From Elusimicrobiota bacterium (lineage in GTDB: Bacteria; Elusimicrobiota; Elusimicrobia; UBA1565; JACRDR01): a stretch of 64,000 nt of DNA. The DNA is taken from contig JBGFSC010000029.1 of the NCBI GenBank assembly GCA_041694815.1, forward strand, positions 20,302-84,301. The letters are read 5' to 3'. Made by a program: the position numbers and the translations under genes. Position 1 is the first letter of the stretch, and the number at the start of each line of letters is the position of its first letter. This document shows, piece by piece, positions 1-9,099 of this stretch. Under the pieces are notes generated by a model. That model was not told where the DNA came from, made no database searches, and worked only from the letters and a program-made list of their open reading frames with translations.

Positions 1-494
1 AGGGCATCCTTGAGGTATTCGGTCCTCGCCAAGAACAGGGAGGCCATCGGGTCCACCCACCATTGCCAGCCCAGGCGGCGGACGATGCCACGCAGGCCGA
101 CATCGACGTGGTGGAGCCGCAGCTCCGTTCCAAGCTTGAGCATGCGGACGTCGTTGACCCGGATGACCTTCTGTCCGTCGGTGTCGACCACCTGCTGGTC
201 GAGTATGTCGCGCACCAGGGTCAGGTCGCAGGCGGGTTTCGAGGGCCCGAAGGCGAGCTCCTCGGCGCCGACCGACAGATCGAAACCCCCGTCGACGGAG
301 GCGACATCCTTCCAGGAGACCAGCGCGTACTGGCGGCGGAGCCAGCCCCGGCGCAGCAGCAGCTGCGTGGCACGCGGGTAGCTTTCCTGGGAGGAGAGGG
401 CAAGGTCGCACATGCGCCCCACGGGCCGTCCGGACTTGTCGCGTACCTCGCGGTGGAGGAGATCGGCGAAAAATATAGCCTGCGCCTCGTTCAC
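1..494 (-). CDS. MgtE-intracellular/CBS-associated PRC-barrel protein (N-terminal part; runs off window start)
   Basis: Not in ORF track. Manual translation from GTG 494 gives FFADLLHREVRDKSGRPVGRMCDL...RDILDQQVVDTDGQKVIRVNDVRM...HVDVGLRGIVRRLG, typical of PRC-barrel + MgtE_N/CBS proteins. TGnTACTAT lies 6 nt upstream. Confidence 0.7.
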   Translation of the reverse strand, partial: MNEAQAIFFADLLHREVRDKSGRPVGRMCDLALSSQESYPRATQLLLRRGWLRRQYALVSWKDVASVDGGFDLSVGAEELAFGPSKPACDLTLVRDILDQQVVDTDGQKVIRVNDVRMLKLGTELRLHHVDVGLRGIVRRLGWQWWVDPMASLFLARTEYLKDA

Positions 495-561
495 CGGGCC
501 ATAGTAACAAATCGCGCCCGGACTTGAAAATTTAACGGGGCGAGGCCTACACTGGGGCAAC

Positions 562-2424
562 GTGTCCCTTCGATTCTGGATCTTCAAGGATGCCGAGATC
601 GCCGGTCCCTACAGCCGCGAAGACCTGGCCGCCCAAGGGCTGCTTCCGGAGTCGCTGGTCTGCCCCGAGGGAGCCGCTGGGATCCGGGACGAGGACTGGC
701 GCAGCGCCTCCGAGATCGCGGAGCTCTCGGGCCTGATCTCCTCGAGCGTCGCCGTCGCCCCGCCGGAGCCGTCGGTCCCCGAGTTCCCGAGCGATGCGTT
801 CGCCGCTCCCTTGCCCCTTCCGGAGGGCGCTCCCCGGCCTTTCGAGGACCCCGAGCTCCGCAAGCAATGGCGCGAGCTGTTGGATTCCGCCTCGCGCAAC
901 CAGGCCGATTTGGACGTCGCGCGCGAGCGCTGCGAGCGGCTGGAAAAAGAGCTGCGTTCGCTTCAGGCCGCGGTGGAGGGCTACGAGAGGCGGCAGAACG
1001 AGATGCTCGAGCATTTAAGCAAGAAGGACAAGCAGCTCGAGGAGGCCCTTCGGCTGCTGGAGGAGGCTCGCCGGAATGTCGCGGAGCCAAGCCTCGCAGG
1101 AGAGGCCCGCGCGCCGGAGCCCGCCGTCATGGAGCCGGCGGAGCGGGAAAATCTCGCGCCGCCGAGGCTCGAGGACCCGGCTCCGGTGATCGAGGAGGAG
1201 GCGCCCGCCGTCCCGCGCGCGCCGGAGTCTGCGCCGGAGCCTCCGGCCACGGAGCAGGGCTTCGAATTGCCGCCGGTGATCCGTCTTAAGCCCGCGCGGC
1301 GCGAGCCCACGATCAGCGATTTCACTCCTCCGGAGCCCGCGCCTCGCGTCCCGATCGGGAGTGTGGAGACCCCGCCGCCTCAAGCCGTTCCGGAGGAACC
1401 GACGCCGCTGCCGGGAGTATTTCCCGCGCAGCCTGAGATATCCGTGGAGCCTCCCGCGGCTCCGGAGCCGGCCGAGGAGCCGCAAATACGGGTACGATTG
1501 GAAGAGGACGTTCACGATGCTCCCCTACCTCAGGGGCCGGTCGAGTTGGCGGGCCCGCTGACGGCCGTCTCCTCGGTAGCCCAGGCGGCGGTCGAGCCCG
1601 GCGAGCCCACGCCTCCGCCGGCCGCTCCGGCCACGGCCCCCACTCCGGCGCCCAAGAGCCCGGCCCGTTTTAGGAGCCGCAGTTTCGTTTTCACGGTCAG
1701 CGCCGCCTTCATCGTGTTGATCTTGGCCGGGGCCTTGTTTTTCAAGGACCCCAAAAGCTCCGGCGTCCTCTTCAACATGGGGAAGAAATACCGCCCGCCT
1801 GAACCCGATGCCATGATGGGGCTCGATTCGCCGGCGACCGCCGAGAGCGCCGCGCCGCCCCCGGCGCCGGTTTCGCCTCCCGCCCCGGCGCCCACGCCGG
1901 CTCCGGCGCCCGAGACTGCGCCGGCTCCAGCGCCGTCGCGCGATTACATCGCGGACAGTTCGCTTAAAGCGATCGAATTCGTCAAGAAGTACGAGCTCGG
2001 CGGAGAGCGCCGCAGCGTCGCCGAGTGGCTCCAGTACTCGTTTCTGACCTCTGAGAACGAGGAGGAATGGTCGGCCGGCGCCCTGGAGGCGGACGTATAT
2101 TTGGTTTCCTATCGGGTCTTCAAGGGCGGTAAATCGAACGGGTCCGCGCCGATCAGCTACATTTTCGAGGCCGACCTGGCCAAGAAAACCCTGCGCGGCC
2201 ATAATCAGGCGGCTCGAGAGTTGTTGGCCGGGCCGGCCCCCAAGAAAAAGGCCCGCAAGCGCCGGCCAGACGACGGCAAGGTTCCCTTATTGCCGTTGCC
2301 CGACTTGCCTCCCGCCACGCCCGCCGAAAACGGCGAGGATTCGATGCGCTCCGCCGCCGAGCCTTCGCCGGCCCCTGAAGCCCCGAGCGAAGACGAGGGC
2401 ACCGTTGGCTCCGTCGCGCCATAA
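562..2424 (+). CDS. GYF_2 (DUF4339)-domain bitopic membrane protein with coiled coil and Pro/Glu-rich linker
   Basis: N-terminal FWIFKDAEIAGPYSREDL...LLPESLVC...WRSASEIAEL (GYF_2 pattern), then coiled coil, long PE/PA-rich tract and one TM (FVFTVSAAFIVLILAGALFF). Lies upstream of pilT. Confidence 0.7.
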   Translation: MSLRFWIFKDAEIAGPYSREDLAAQGLLPESLVCPEGAAGIRDEDWRSASEIAELSGLISSSVAVAPPEPSVPEFPSDAFAAPLPLPEGAPRPFEDPELRKQWRELLDSASRNQADLDVARERCERLEKELRSLQAAVEGYERRQNEMLEHLSKKDKQLEEALRLLEEARRNVAEPSLAGEARAPEPAVMEPAERENLAPPRLEDPAPVIEEEAPAVPRAPESAPEPPATEQGFELPPVIRLKPARREPTISDFTPPEPAPRVPIGSVETPPPQAVPEEPTPLPGVFPAQPEISVEPPAAPEPAEEPQIRVRLEEDVHDAPLPQGPVELAGPLTAVSSVAQAAVEPGEPTPPPAAPATAPTPAPKSPARFRSRSFVFTVSAAFIVLILAGALFFKDPKSSGVLFNMGKKYRPPEPDAMMGLDSPATAESAAPPPAPVSPPAPAPTPAPAPETAPAPAPSRDYIADSSLKAIEFVKKYELGGERRSVAEWLQYSFLTSENEEEWSAGALEADVYLVSYRVFKGGKSNGSAPISYIFEADLAKKTLRGHNQAARELLAGPAPKKKARKRRPDDGKVPLLPLPDLPPATPAENGEDSMRSAAEPSPAPEAPSEDEGTVGSVAP

Positions 2425-2481
2425 CCGCGTTAGAGCGCGGCATTGACTTTTGGGGCTTTAGGGGCTACCTTTAATAACGTT

Positions 2482-3558
2482 ATGCCCGTGTCGATGAGCG
2501 AGCTCTTCGCGATGATGACGCAGCGCGGAGCCTCCGACCTACACCTCACCGCGGGCGCCCCGCCGATCCTTCGCGTCGACGGCAATCTGCTAGCGACCCC
2601 CTTCGATAAGTTGACCCCGGAGACGACGCAGACGCTCATCTATTCCCTTATGACGGATCAACAGCGCCACCGATTCGAGGCCACCAACGAGCTCGACATC
2701 GCCTTCGGCCTCAAGGGAGTCGGGCGGCTGCGCATGAACGTGTTCCGCCAGCGCGGCGCCATCGGCGCCGCGATCCGCTCCATCCCCGCCAACTTCAAGA
2801 CCTTCGAGGAGCTGGGCATGCCCGCCGTGATTCACGACATCATGAAGTATTCCAAGGGCCTCGTGCTCCTGACCGGGCCGACGGGCTCGGGGAAATCGAC
2901 CACCCTGGCGAGCATGATCGACTATTTGAACGAGCAGCGCAGCGTTCACATCGTCACGATCGAGGACCCCATCGAGTACGTCCACAGCCACAAGCGCAGC
3001 CTGGTCAACCAGCGTGAGGTGGGGGCCGACACCGAGAACTTCGCCGCGGCCCTGCGGCACGTGCTCCGCCAGGACCCCAACGTCATCTTGATCGGCGAGC
3101 TGCGGGATTTGGAGACGATCTCGGCCGCGCTCAGCATCGCGGAGACGGGACACCTGGTCTTCGCGACGCTGCATACCACCGATTGCGCCCAGACCATCAA
3201 CCGAATCATCGACGTCTTCCCGCCCAACCAGCAGGCGCAGATCCGGGTGCAGCTTTCCTTCGTGCTCCAGGCCGTGCTCTCGCAGCAGCTATTGCCGCAC
3301 GCTGCGGGAACGGGTCGCGTACTCGCCTGCGAGGTCCTGGTGGTGACCTCCGCCATCCGCAACCTGGTGCGGGACCAGAAGGTGGAGCAGATCCAGATGA
3401 CGATACAAACGGGCGGAAAATTCGGGATGCAAACCATGAACCAATCCCTCGCCGACCTATGCCGGCAGCAGCGCATCTCCTATCAGGAAGCCTTGATGCG
3501 CTCCACCGATCCCGAGGATTTAAAGCGTCTCATGCAGCGGGGACTCGCGCCCGCTTAA
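2482..3558 (+). CDS. pilT: Type IV pilus retraction ATPase PilT
   Basis: ASDLHL, Walker A GPTGSGKST, TIEDPIE, LRQDPNVILIGE, AETGHLVFATLH, AIRNLVR, GMQTMNQ. ATG 2482 follows TTGACT-N17-TACCTT. Confidence 0.95.
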   Translation: MPVSMSELFAMMTQRGASDLHLTAGAPPILRVDGNLLATPFDKLTPETTQTLIYSLMTDQQRHRFEATNELDIAFGLKGVGRLRMNVFRQRGAIGAAIRSIPANFKTFEELGMPAVIHDIMKYSKGLVLLTGPTGSGKSTTLASMIDYLNEQRSVHIVTIEDPIEYVHSHKRSLVNQREVGADTENFAAALRHVLRQDPNVILIGELRDLETISAALSIAETGHLVFATLHTTDCAQTINRIIDVFPPNQQAQIRVQLSFVLQAVLSQQLLPHAAGTGRVLACEVLVVTSAIRNLVRDQKVEQIQMTIQTGGKFGMQTMNQSLADLCRQQRISYQEALMRSTDPEDLKRLMQRGLAPA

Positions 3559-3564
3559 CGGAGC

Positions 3565-4782
3565 ATGCCGACATACGCCTATAAAGCCAAGGGTGCCGAC
3601 GGGGCGGTCGTAACCGGGACCGTCGACGCGCACGAGCAGCGCGCGGCGGTCGAGCGCCTGCGCCAGCAGAAGCTGATGGTCACCGAGATCGCCGAGAAGG
3701 CCGCCAGCCCGCTCGACGCCATCAATATTTTCAAGAAGAAGAAGGAGGTCCATTCGAAGGACCTCGTGCTCTTCTCGCGGCAGCTCTCCACCCTGGTCTC
3801 GGCGGGCGTGCCCATCGTGCAGGGCCTCGCCATCCTGGAGGAGCAGGCCGAGAACCCCGCCTTCCGCGAGGTGCTGGCCATCGTTCGCGGCGACATCGAG
3901 GGGGGCTTGTCGATCTCCGACGCGCTCAAGAAGCACCCGCAGGCCTTCCCGGATATTTACACCGCGATGATCCGAGCCGGCGAGCTGGGCGGCATCCTCG
4001 ACACCATCTTGGAGCGCTTGAGCGTTTTCCTCGAGAACTCCGAGGCCCTCAAGGCCAAGGTCAAGAGCGCGATGATGTACCCCATCATCGTGCTTTCCAT
4101 CTGCGGCGTGGTCACGCTCTTTTTGCTCGTCTTCGTGATCCCGACCTTCAAGGCCATCTTCGACGGCTTCGGGGCCGAGCTGCCTACGCCCACCCAGATG
4201 CTCATCGACCTCTCCGAGGTGCTCAAGCGGTATTTTTACGTCGTCGTCGCGATGCCCTTCGGGATCAAGTACGCCGTCAAGAAGTATTACGCCACCCCGG
4301 CCGGCCACCACGTCATCGACGCCTATTTGCTCAAGGCACCGGTGTTCGGGATACTGCTCAAGAAGGTCGCGGTTGCCAAGTTCACGCGCACGCTCGGCAC
4401 CCTGGTGCGCTCGGGCGTGCCCATCCTGCAGGCGCTCGAGACCGTGGCCGCGACGGCGGGCAACATCATCATCGAGGAGGCGGTGCTCAAGACCCGCGAG
4501 GTGATCCGCGAGGGCGGGCGCCTGGCCGATCCCCTCAAGGCCTCCAACCTCTTCCCCGCGATGGTCACGCAGATGATCAAGGTAGGCGAGGAGACGGGCG
4601 CGCTGGATACCATGCTCATCAAGATCGCCGATTTCTACGACCAGGAAGTGGACACCGCCGTCAAGGGCCTCACCTCGCTGATCGAGCCCATCGTCATCGT
4701 CGTCATGGGCGTCGTCATCGGCACCATCGTCGTGTGCATGATGCTTCCCATGCTCACGCTGGGAACCCTCGTCAAGGATTAA
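3565..4782 (+). CDS. pilC: Type IV pilus platform protein PilC (T2SS F family)
   Basis: FSRQLSTLVSAGVPI, RAGELGG, KSAMMYP, FTRTLGTLVRSGVPI, VGEETGALD, LIEP; GGAG SD upstream. Confidence 0.93.
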   Translation: MPTYAYKAKGADGAVVTGTVDAHEQRAAVERLRQQKLMVTEIAEKAASPLDAINIFKKKKEVHSKDLVLFSRQLSTLVSAGVPIVQGLAILEEQAENPAFREVLAIVRGDIEGGLSISDALKKHPQAFPDIYTAMIRAGELGGILDTILERLSVFLENSEALKAKVKSAMMYPIIVLSICGVVTLFLLVFVIPTFKAIFDGFGAELPTPTQMLIDLSEVLKRYFYVVVAMPFGIKYAVKKYYATPAGHHVIDAYLLKAPVFGILLKKVAVAKFTRTLGTLVRSGVPILQALETVAATAGNIIIEEAVLKTREVIREGGRLADPLKASNLFPAMVTQMIKVGEETGALDTMLIKIADFYDQEVDTAVKGLTSLIEPIVIVVMGVVIGTIVVCMMLPMLTLGTLVKD

Positions 4783-4785
4783 GAA

Positions 4786-5091
4786 TTAAACGAGAGCCCT
4801 TTCCTGAGCTAGGAGCCGGCGTTTCGTCCTAAGGCCGCCGCGGCCGGAATAGCCGCCCAGGCGGCCGTCGGCGGCGATCACGCGGTGGCACGGCACGAGG
4901 GGCGCGAAGGGGTTTCTGGCCAGAGCCGTTCCAACGGCGCGCGCCGCGCCCGGATGGCCGATGCGCCGCGCGAGCTCCCCGTAGCTTAAAACCCCGCCTT
5001 TCGGGATCCTCGCGCACGCGAGCCAGACCTTCCGGTAAAACGGCGGGTATTTCGACATGGCCTTCAGTATTTTTCCGGACAGCGCGCTCAT
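4786..5091 (-). CDS. ogt: Methylated-DNA-protein-cysteine methyltransferase (single-domain MGMT)
   Basis: IPKGGVLSYGELA, ARAVGTAL..NP and active site VPCHRV. Start overlaps the uvrC stop (ATGA). Confidence 0.88.
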   Translation of the reverse strand: MSALSGKILKAMSKYPPFYRKVWLACARIPKGGVLSYGELARRIGHPGAARAVGTALARNPFAPLVPCHRVIAADGRLGGYSGRGGLRTKRRLLAQERALV

Positions 5092-6425
5092 GCGTCCTCC
5101 AGGATCTTCTTTTTGCGGAGCAGGCGATGGTACTTCACGGCGAAGCGATGCGCCTCGTCGCGCAGGCGTTGTAGCAAATGCAGGGCCGGGCTGTCCTGCG
5201 CGAGGACGACGGGGTCAGCCCGGGACGGCAGGAACACCTCCTCCTGCCGCTTGGCCAAGGCGGCCAGGGGAAGGCGCAGCTTGAGCTCCGCGAGTGCCTC
5301 GACGGCCACGGAGAGCTGCCCCTTGCCCCCGTCGATGAGCACCAGATCGGGCAGGGGCGAGCCCGAATCCCGCATCCTTCGGTAGCGGCGGCCGACCACC
5401 TCCTTCATCGAGCGGAAATCGTCGACGCCGGAGACGGTCTTGATCCGAAAGCGCCGGTAATGGCCCTTGTGCGGCTCGCCGCCCTTGAAGCAGACCATGG
5501 AGCCCACGGTCTCAAGCCCCGAGAAATGCGAGATGTCGAAGGCCTCCACGTGGTGCGGGGGGCGCTCGAGCCCGAGCGCCGCCTGCAGCTCGCTGACCCC
5601 TCGGGAGGAGAGCAGGCTCTCCTCCATGCGCTCGGGGCTCACCTGCTCGCAGCGGACGCGCTCGCCGATGTGGGCGATGGCGTCGAGATTGTCGCGCAGC
5701 TGCGCGGCGCGCTCGTAATCAAGGGCCTTCGAGGCGGTCCGCATCTCCCGCTGCCACGCGCGGCGGAGCTTGCCGTATTTGCCTTGGAAGAAGAACACCG
5801 CCTCCTGGGCGATGCGGCGGTAGGCGCGGCGCGTAATCCGCTCCGCGCAGGGGGCGGGGCATTCCCGCGTGTGGTAATACAGGCATCCCTTGATCTTCTT
5901 GTCGGCCAGCGGCTTTTTCGCCGAGAACTCCCAGTCGCACGGCCGCAGGGCGAAGAAGCGCCGGCGCCATAGTTGGACGAGCAGGTGCCTGACCGGGGCG
6001 ACCTTGGGGTAGGGCCCGAAGTACGCGGCCCCGTCGTCCTTTTTCTGCCGCGTCAGGAATATCCGGGGATAATCCTCGTTGAGGGTGATCTTGACGTAGG
6101 GGTAGGACTTGTCGTCCTTCCACATCGAGTTGAAGAAGGGCTGATGCTTCAGGATGAGCCGCCGCTCCCAGATCAGGGATTCGCGCTCGGAGGCGCAGGG
6201 AACGTAGTCGATCTTGCGCACCAGCGGGGCCAGGAGGGTCGTCTTGATGTCGCCTTCCTTGGGGGTGAAGTATTGCGCCACGCGCCGTGCCAAGTCCTTG
6301 GCCTTGCCGACGTAGAGCACGTCCATCGAGGCGTCGCGCAGCAGGTAGACCCCGCAGGCGTGCGGCAAATGCCGCCGTTCGGGCTCATTGACGGGGCTGT
6401 ATTGAAATGGTTTAATGCCGTCCAT
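5088..6425 (-). CDS. uvrC: Excinuclease ABC subunit C (short form; start uncertain)
   Basis: GIY-YIG (GVYLL..YVGKAKDL), DDKSYPY, Cys cluster, UVR domain (LDYERAAQLRD), RNase H-like domain (EAFDISH, LIDGGKGQL, RDEAHRFA). No C-terminal HhH seen. Confidence 0.92.
   Translation of the reverse strand: MDGIKPFQYSPVNEPERRHLPHACGVYLLRDASMDVLYVGKAKDLARRVAQYFTPKEGDIKTTLLAPLVRKIDYVPCASERESLIWERRLILKHQPFFNSMWKDDKSYPYVKITLNEDYPRIFLTRQKKDDGAAYFGPYPKVAPVRHLLVQLWRRRFFALRPCDWEFSAKKPLADKKIKGCLYYHTRECPAPCAERITRRAYRRIAQEAVFFFQGKYGKLRRAWQREMRTASKALDYERAAQLRDNLDAIAHIGERVRCEQVSPERMEESLLSSRGVSELQAALGLERPPHHVEAFDISHFSGLETVGSMVCFKGGEPHKGHYRRFRIKTVSGVDDFRSMKEVVGRRYRRMRDSGSPLPDLVLIDGGKGQLSVAVEALAELKLRLPLAALAKRQEEVFLPSRADPVVLAQDSPALHLLQRLRDEAHRFAVKYHRLLRKKKILEDA
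6388..6416 (+). promoter_or_regulatory. sigma70-type promoter of rpsT (predicted leaderless)
   Basis: TTGACG(6388)-N17-TTTAAT(6411)-7 nt-ATG(6424); no SD. Confidence 0.6.
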
Positions 6426-6705
6426 GGCGAAACTCAAGACCGGCAGGCATACGGGAGCCCTCAAGGCGGCCCGGCAGGCCTACCGGCGCATGCTGCGCAA
6501 CCGCGGGATCAAGAAGTCGGTCCGGGCGGCGGCCAAGGGATTCTTCGACGCCGCCGCCAAGAAGGACAAGGCCGGCGCTGAGAAGCTCCTCGCGGAAGCC
6601 TCCTCCGCCTGGGACAAGGCGGCCAAGACGGGCACCATCCACTGGAAGGCGGCCGCCCGCAAGAAGTCCCGCATGGCCCGCCTCGCCCATAAGCTCGCCG
6701 CCTAA
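6424..6705 (+). CDS. rpsT: 30S ribosomal protein S20
   Basis: Basic ~93 aa with DKAAKTGTIHWKAAARKKSRMA (S20 signature); convergent with holA as in many bacteria. Confidence 0.93.
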   Translation: MAKLKTGRHTGALKAARQAYRRMLRNRGIKKSVRAAAKGFFDAAAKKDKAGAEKLLAEASSAWDKAAKTGTIHWKAAARKKSRMARLAHKLAA

Positions 6706-7703
6706 GCCGTCGCGCCCTTCGAAGAGCAAATCCTAGCCAGCAGCCTCTCGAGTTCGATCTGGGGCTCCAGCCACGCCTTCGACTTGAGGGCCGACTCCGC
6801 CTGGGCGCAGGCCCATAAACCGTCGATCAAGGAAGCCTCGCTCAACGAGGAAGCCTGCCGCAGGTACTGGCGATCCCAATAGGCGTTGAGCCTGAGCTCC
6901 CGGAATATCTTGTCCTCCGACAGGCCCGCCGCCTGCATCCGCTTGGCCTTGAGCTGCTTTTGGAGGCTCGCCGTGACCTGATAGAGCAGGCGGAATTCGT
7001 CGGTTCCCTCCGCGAGCAGGCGCCGCAGCAGCTCCAGCGCGGGCTTGAGGGCGCGCGACTGCAGGAGCCTCGGGAAATCGAAGGGGTTGCTGTTCTTACG
7101 GTACCCCAGGCAGGCAAGCGCGTCCTCCTGGGTGATGCGCTCGCGACCGCGCGTATAATGCACGAGCTTGGCGAGCTCGGCCTCGAGCACCGACCAGCTG
7201 GTGCCCGCTTCCTCGACGATCCAGCCGGCCGCCTCGCAGTCGAGAGTCCTGGAGGCGGACTTGGCCGCGGCCTCCAGCCGGCGCGCGGCCTCCTCCTCGC
7301 TTAAGGGCTTAAACACCACCACCCCTCCCAGCGCGGCCGCCGCGGCGCAGAGGGCGTCGCGGATATCCGGCTTCCGGTCGGCGGCGTGGAGCACGAGCGT
7401 CGTCGATTCCAGGGGGTCGGCTAGGTATTCGGCCAAGGTCCTGCGGGCGGAGGCGGGCAGCGCCGCGTCCTTGAGGATGACGAGCCGCCGGTCGGAGAAT
7501 ACCGGCGGCATCAGGGCCGAGGCGACGGCCTCCTCGGCCTCGCCTCCGAATTCGTTAACGTTGAACGGATCGGGCTTAAGGGCCTTCTTGAGGGCCTCGG
7601 CGGCCGCCTTGCGGGCGGAGCCGTCCTCACCGACCAAGTAGTACACGGGCCGGAACTTCCCCGCCTTCCACTCCTGCGCCATCTGCTGCGGCGTAAGCTC
7701 CAT
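6702..7703 (-). CDS. holA: DNA polymerase III subunit delta
   Basis: RPVYYLVGED, PVFSDRRLVIL, ELAKL, LERLL; synteny with leuS-lptE and rpsT. Confidence 0.88.
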   Translation of the reverse strand: MELTPQQMAQEWKAGKFRPVYYLVGEDGSARKAAAEALKKALKPDPFNVNEFGGEAEEAVASALMPPVFSDRRLVILKDAALPASARRTLAEYLADPLESTTLVLHAADRKPDIRDALCAAAAALGGVVVFKPLSEEEAARRLEAAAKSASRTLDCEAAGWIVEEAGTSWSVLEAELAKLVHYTRGRERITQEDALACLGYRKNSNPFDFPRLLQSRALKPALELLRRLLAEGTDEFRLLYQVTASLQKQLKAKRMQAAGLSEDKIFRELRLNAYWDRQYLRQASSLSEASLIDGLWACAQAESALKSKAWLEPQIELERLLARICSSKGATA

Positions 7704-7741
7704 GGGCACCTTTATTGTAGCAACAATTGTTTGGGGCGGGC

Positions 7742-9049
7742 TCAGCGGGGGTCGTCGCCGTTCCAGTGCGACGGGTTGTTCTTCTGGTCGCGCTTGAGCA
7801 GCTTGAAGAACTCGCGGCTTCGCAATTGCCCCGGCTCGCCCTCTACGATGGGAAGACCCTTCTCGCGCACGAGCCGCCGCAGTTTCTCCTCGTCGGCGCG
7901 CAGGGATTCGAGGATGGTAGCGTATTTTGAGTCGGAGGCCGCCTCGCGCATGAGCTCGATGTCGGCGGCGCCGCGGGGTGAGGAGAGTTCGGCGAGGCGC
8001 GAATCAAGCGCCCGCAGGGTATCGTCGATCTCCTGGATATACTCCGGCAGCACCTTGAGGCGCACTTCCGTGGAGGCGCGCAGGCCCGCGAGCGGCCGGC
8101 CCAGGCCGTGGACGGATTCGAAATGCCCGATCTGGGCGAGGATGCGGGGTACCCGGACGGCTAGGGAGTGCCGCAAATCCTCCTGCTCGGCCTTGAGCGC
8201 CTCGCGGCGGCGCCGGTAGGCGTTGACCGGGTCCTTCATCTCCTCGCCGTCGAGCTTCAAGGCGTACTTGGGATCGATCAGCTTGAGCTCCTCCCAGTAT
8301 CTTGCCGGCGACGAGGCGAGGCTGCGGATCGATTCCGTGTATTGATTAGCGCGGTCGGGCGCCAGTTCCATTTGAACGAGATAACCCCGGAGCCGGGCGG
8401 ATTGCTCGTTGGCCAGGTCCCGCCGGAAGACGATCTCGTAGAAGCGCGGCGCGTTGCGCCGCACCCAGGCGTCGAGAGACAGGTGGCGCAATTCGTGCGA
8501 GAGGGACTCGGTGGCGGTGTCGAGAGCCGCCTGGCGGTCGGGAAAGCGCAGGAAGATGTCGTTGAGCTCGACGCTGTAGCGATCCGCGTCCGAGATCGCG
8601 GTCCAGGAGCCGACGATCTTGGGGACTCCGTCTTGGATCCGGAGCCGGGAGCCGGCGCCCTGGCTCATGCCGATGGAAACGAGGCCGCCCGCGAGACGAT
8701 ATTCCTCGATGAGCTCGCGCAGGAGGCGACGCCCCTCCGCGGAACGCTGAACGCGCTCGAGCACATCGTGCAGGAAGGCTCTTTTCTTTCTGGTGAGCTC
8801 GCGGTCCGGATCGAAGCCGACGGCGCCGCGCAGATGGATGTATCGCCCCAGCTCCTCGGCCGGGATCGGCGCGTCGAGGGCTTCCGCGGGTGGCGCCGAG
8901 GCAGCCGCGGGCGTCGGCACGTCAAGCGAGGGCTTGGCGGCGCTTCCGTCGAAGGTCCTGTTTTGCAGCTCGTCGATTTCCCGCGCCGCCGCCGATACCG
9001 ATAGTGCGCAAAGGAAAACGCAGGAGAGACGCAGGAAGAGGGGGCGCAT
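7742..9049 (-). CDS. Secreted hypothetical protein with HExxH motif (putative zinc metallopeptidase)
   Basis: Signal peptide MRPLFLRLSCVFLCALSVSAAA, LSHELRH then ANE downstream, coiled-coil C-terminus. TTGTCG-N17-TATCCT lies 7 nt before ATG 9049. Confidence 0.6.
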   Translation of the reverse strand: MRPLFLRLSCVFLCALSVSAAAREIDELQNRTFDGSAAKPSLDVPTPAAASAPPAEALDAPIPAEELGRYIHLRGAVGFDPDRELTRKKRAFLHDVLERVQRSAEGRRLLRELIEEYRLAGGLVSIGMSQGAGSRLRIQDGVPKIVGSWTAISDADRYSVELNDIFLRFPDRQAALDTATESLSHELRHLSLDAWVRRNAPRFYEIVFRRDLANEQSARLRGYLVQMELAPDRANQYTESIRSLASSPARYWEELKLIDPKYALKLDGEEMKDPVNAYRRRREALKAEQEDLRHSLAVRVPRILAQIGHFESVHGLGRPLAGLRASTEVRLKVLPEYIQEIDDTLRALDSRLAELSSPRGAADIELMREAASDSKYATILESLRADEEKLRRLVREKGLPIVEGEPGQLRSREFFKLLKRDQKNNPSHWNGDDPR

Positions 9050-9099
9050 CAAATAAAGGATAACAGGCGGAGGTTTCCCCGACAAGGAGGTGTTTTTCG

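Noticed and set aside
1100..1940. Repetitive ccggcgcc/ccggagcc tracts suggesting a repeat array
   Set aside because: They encode Pro/Ala/Glu-rich linkers; there is no constant repeat-spacer structure, so not CRISPR or a VNTR.
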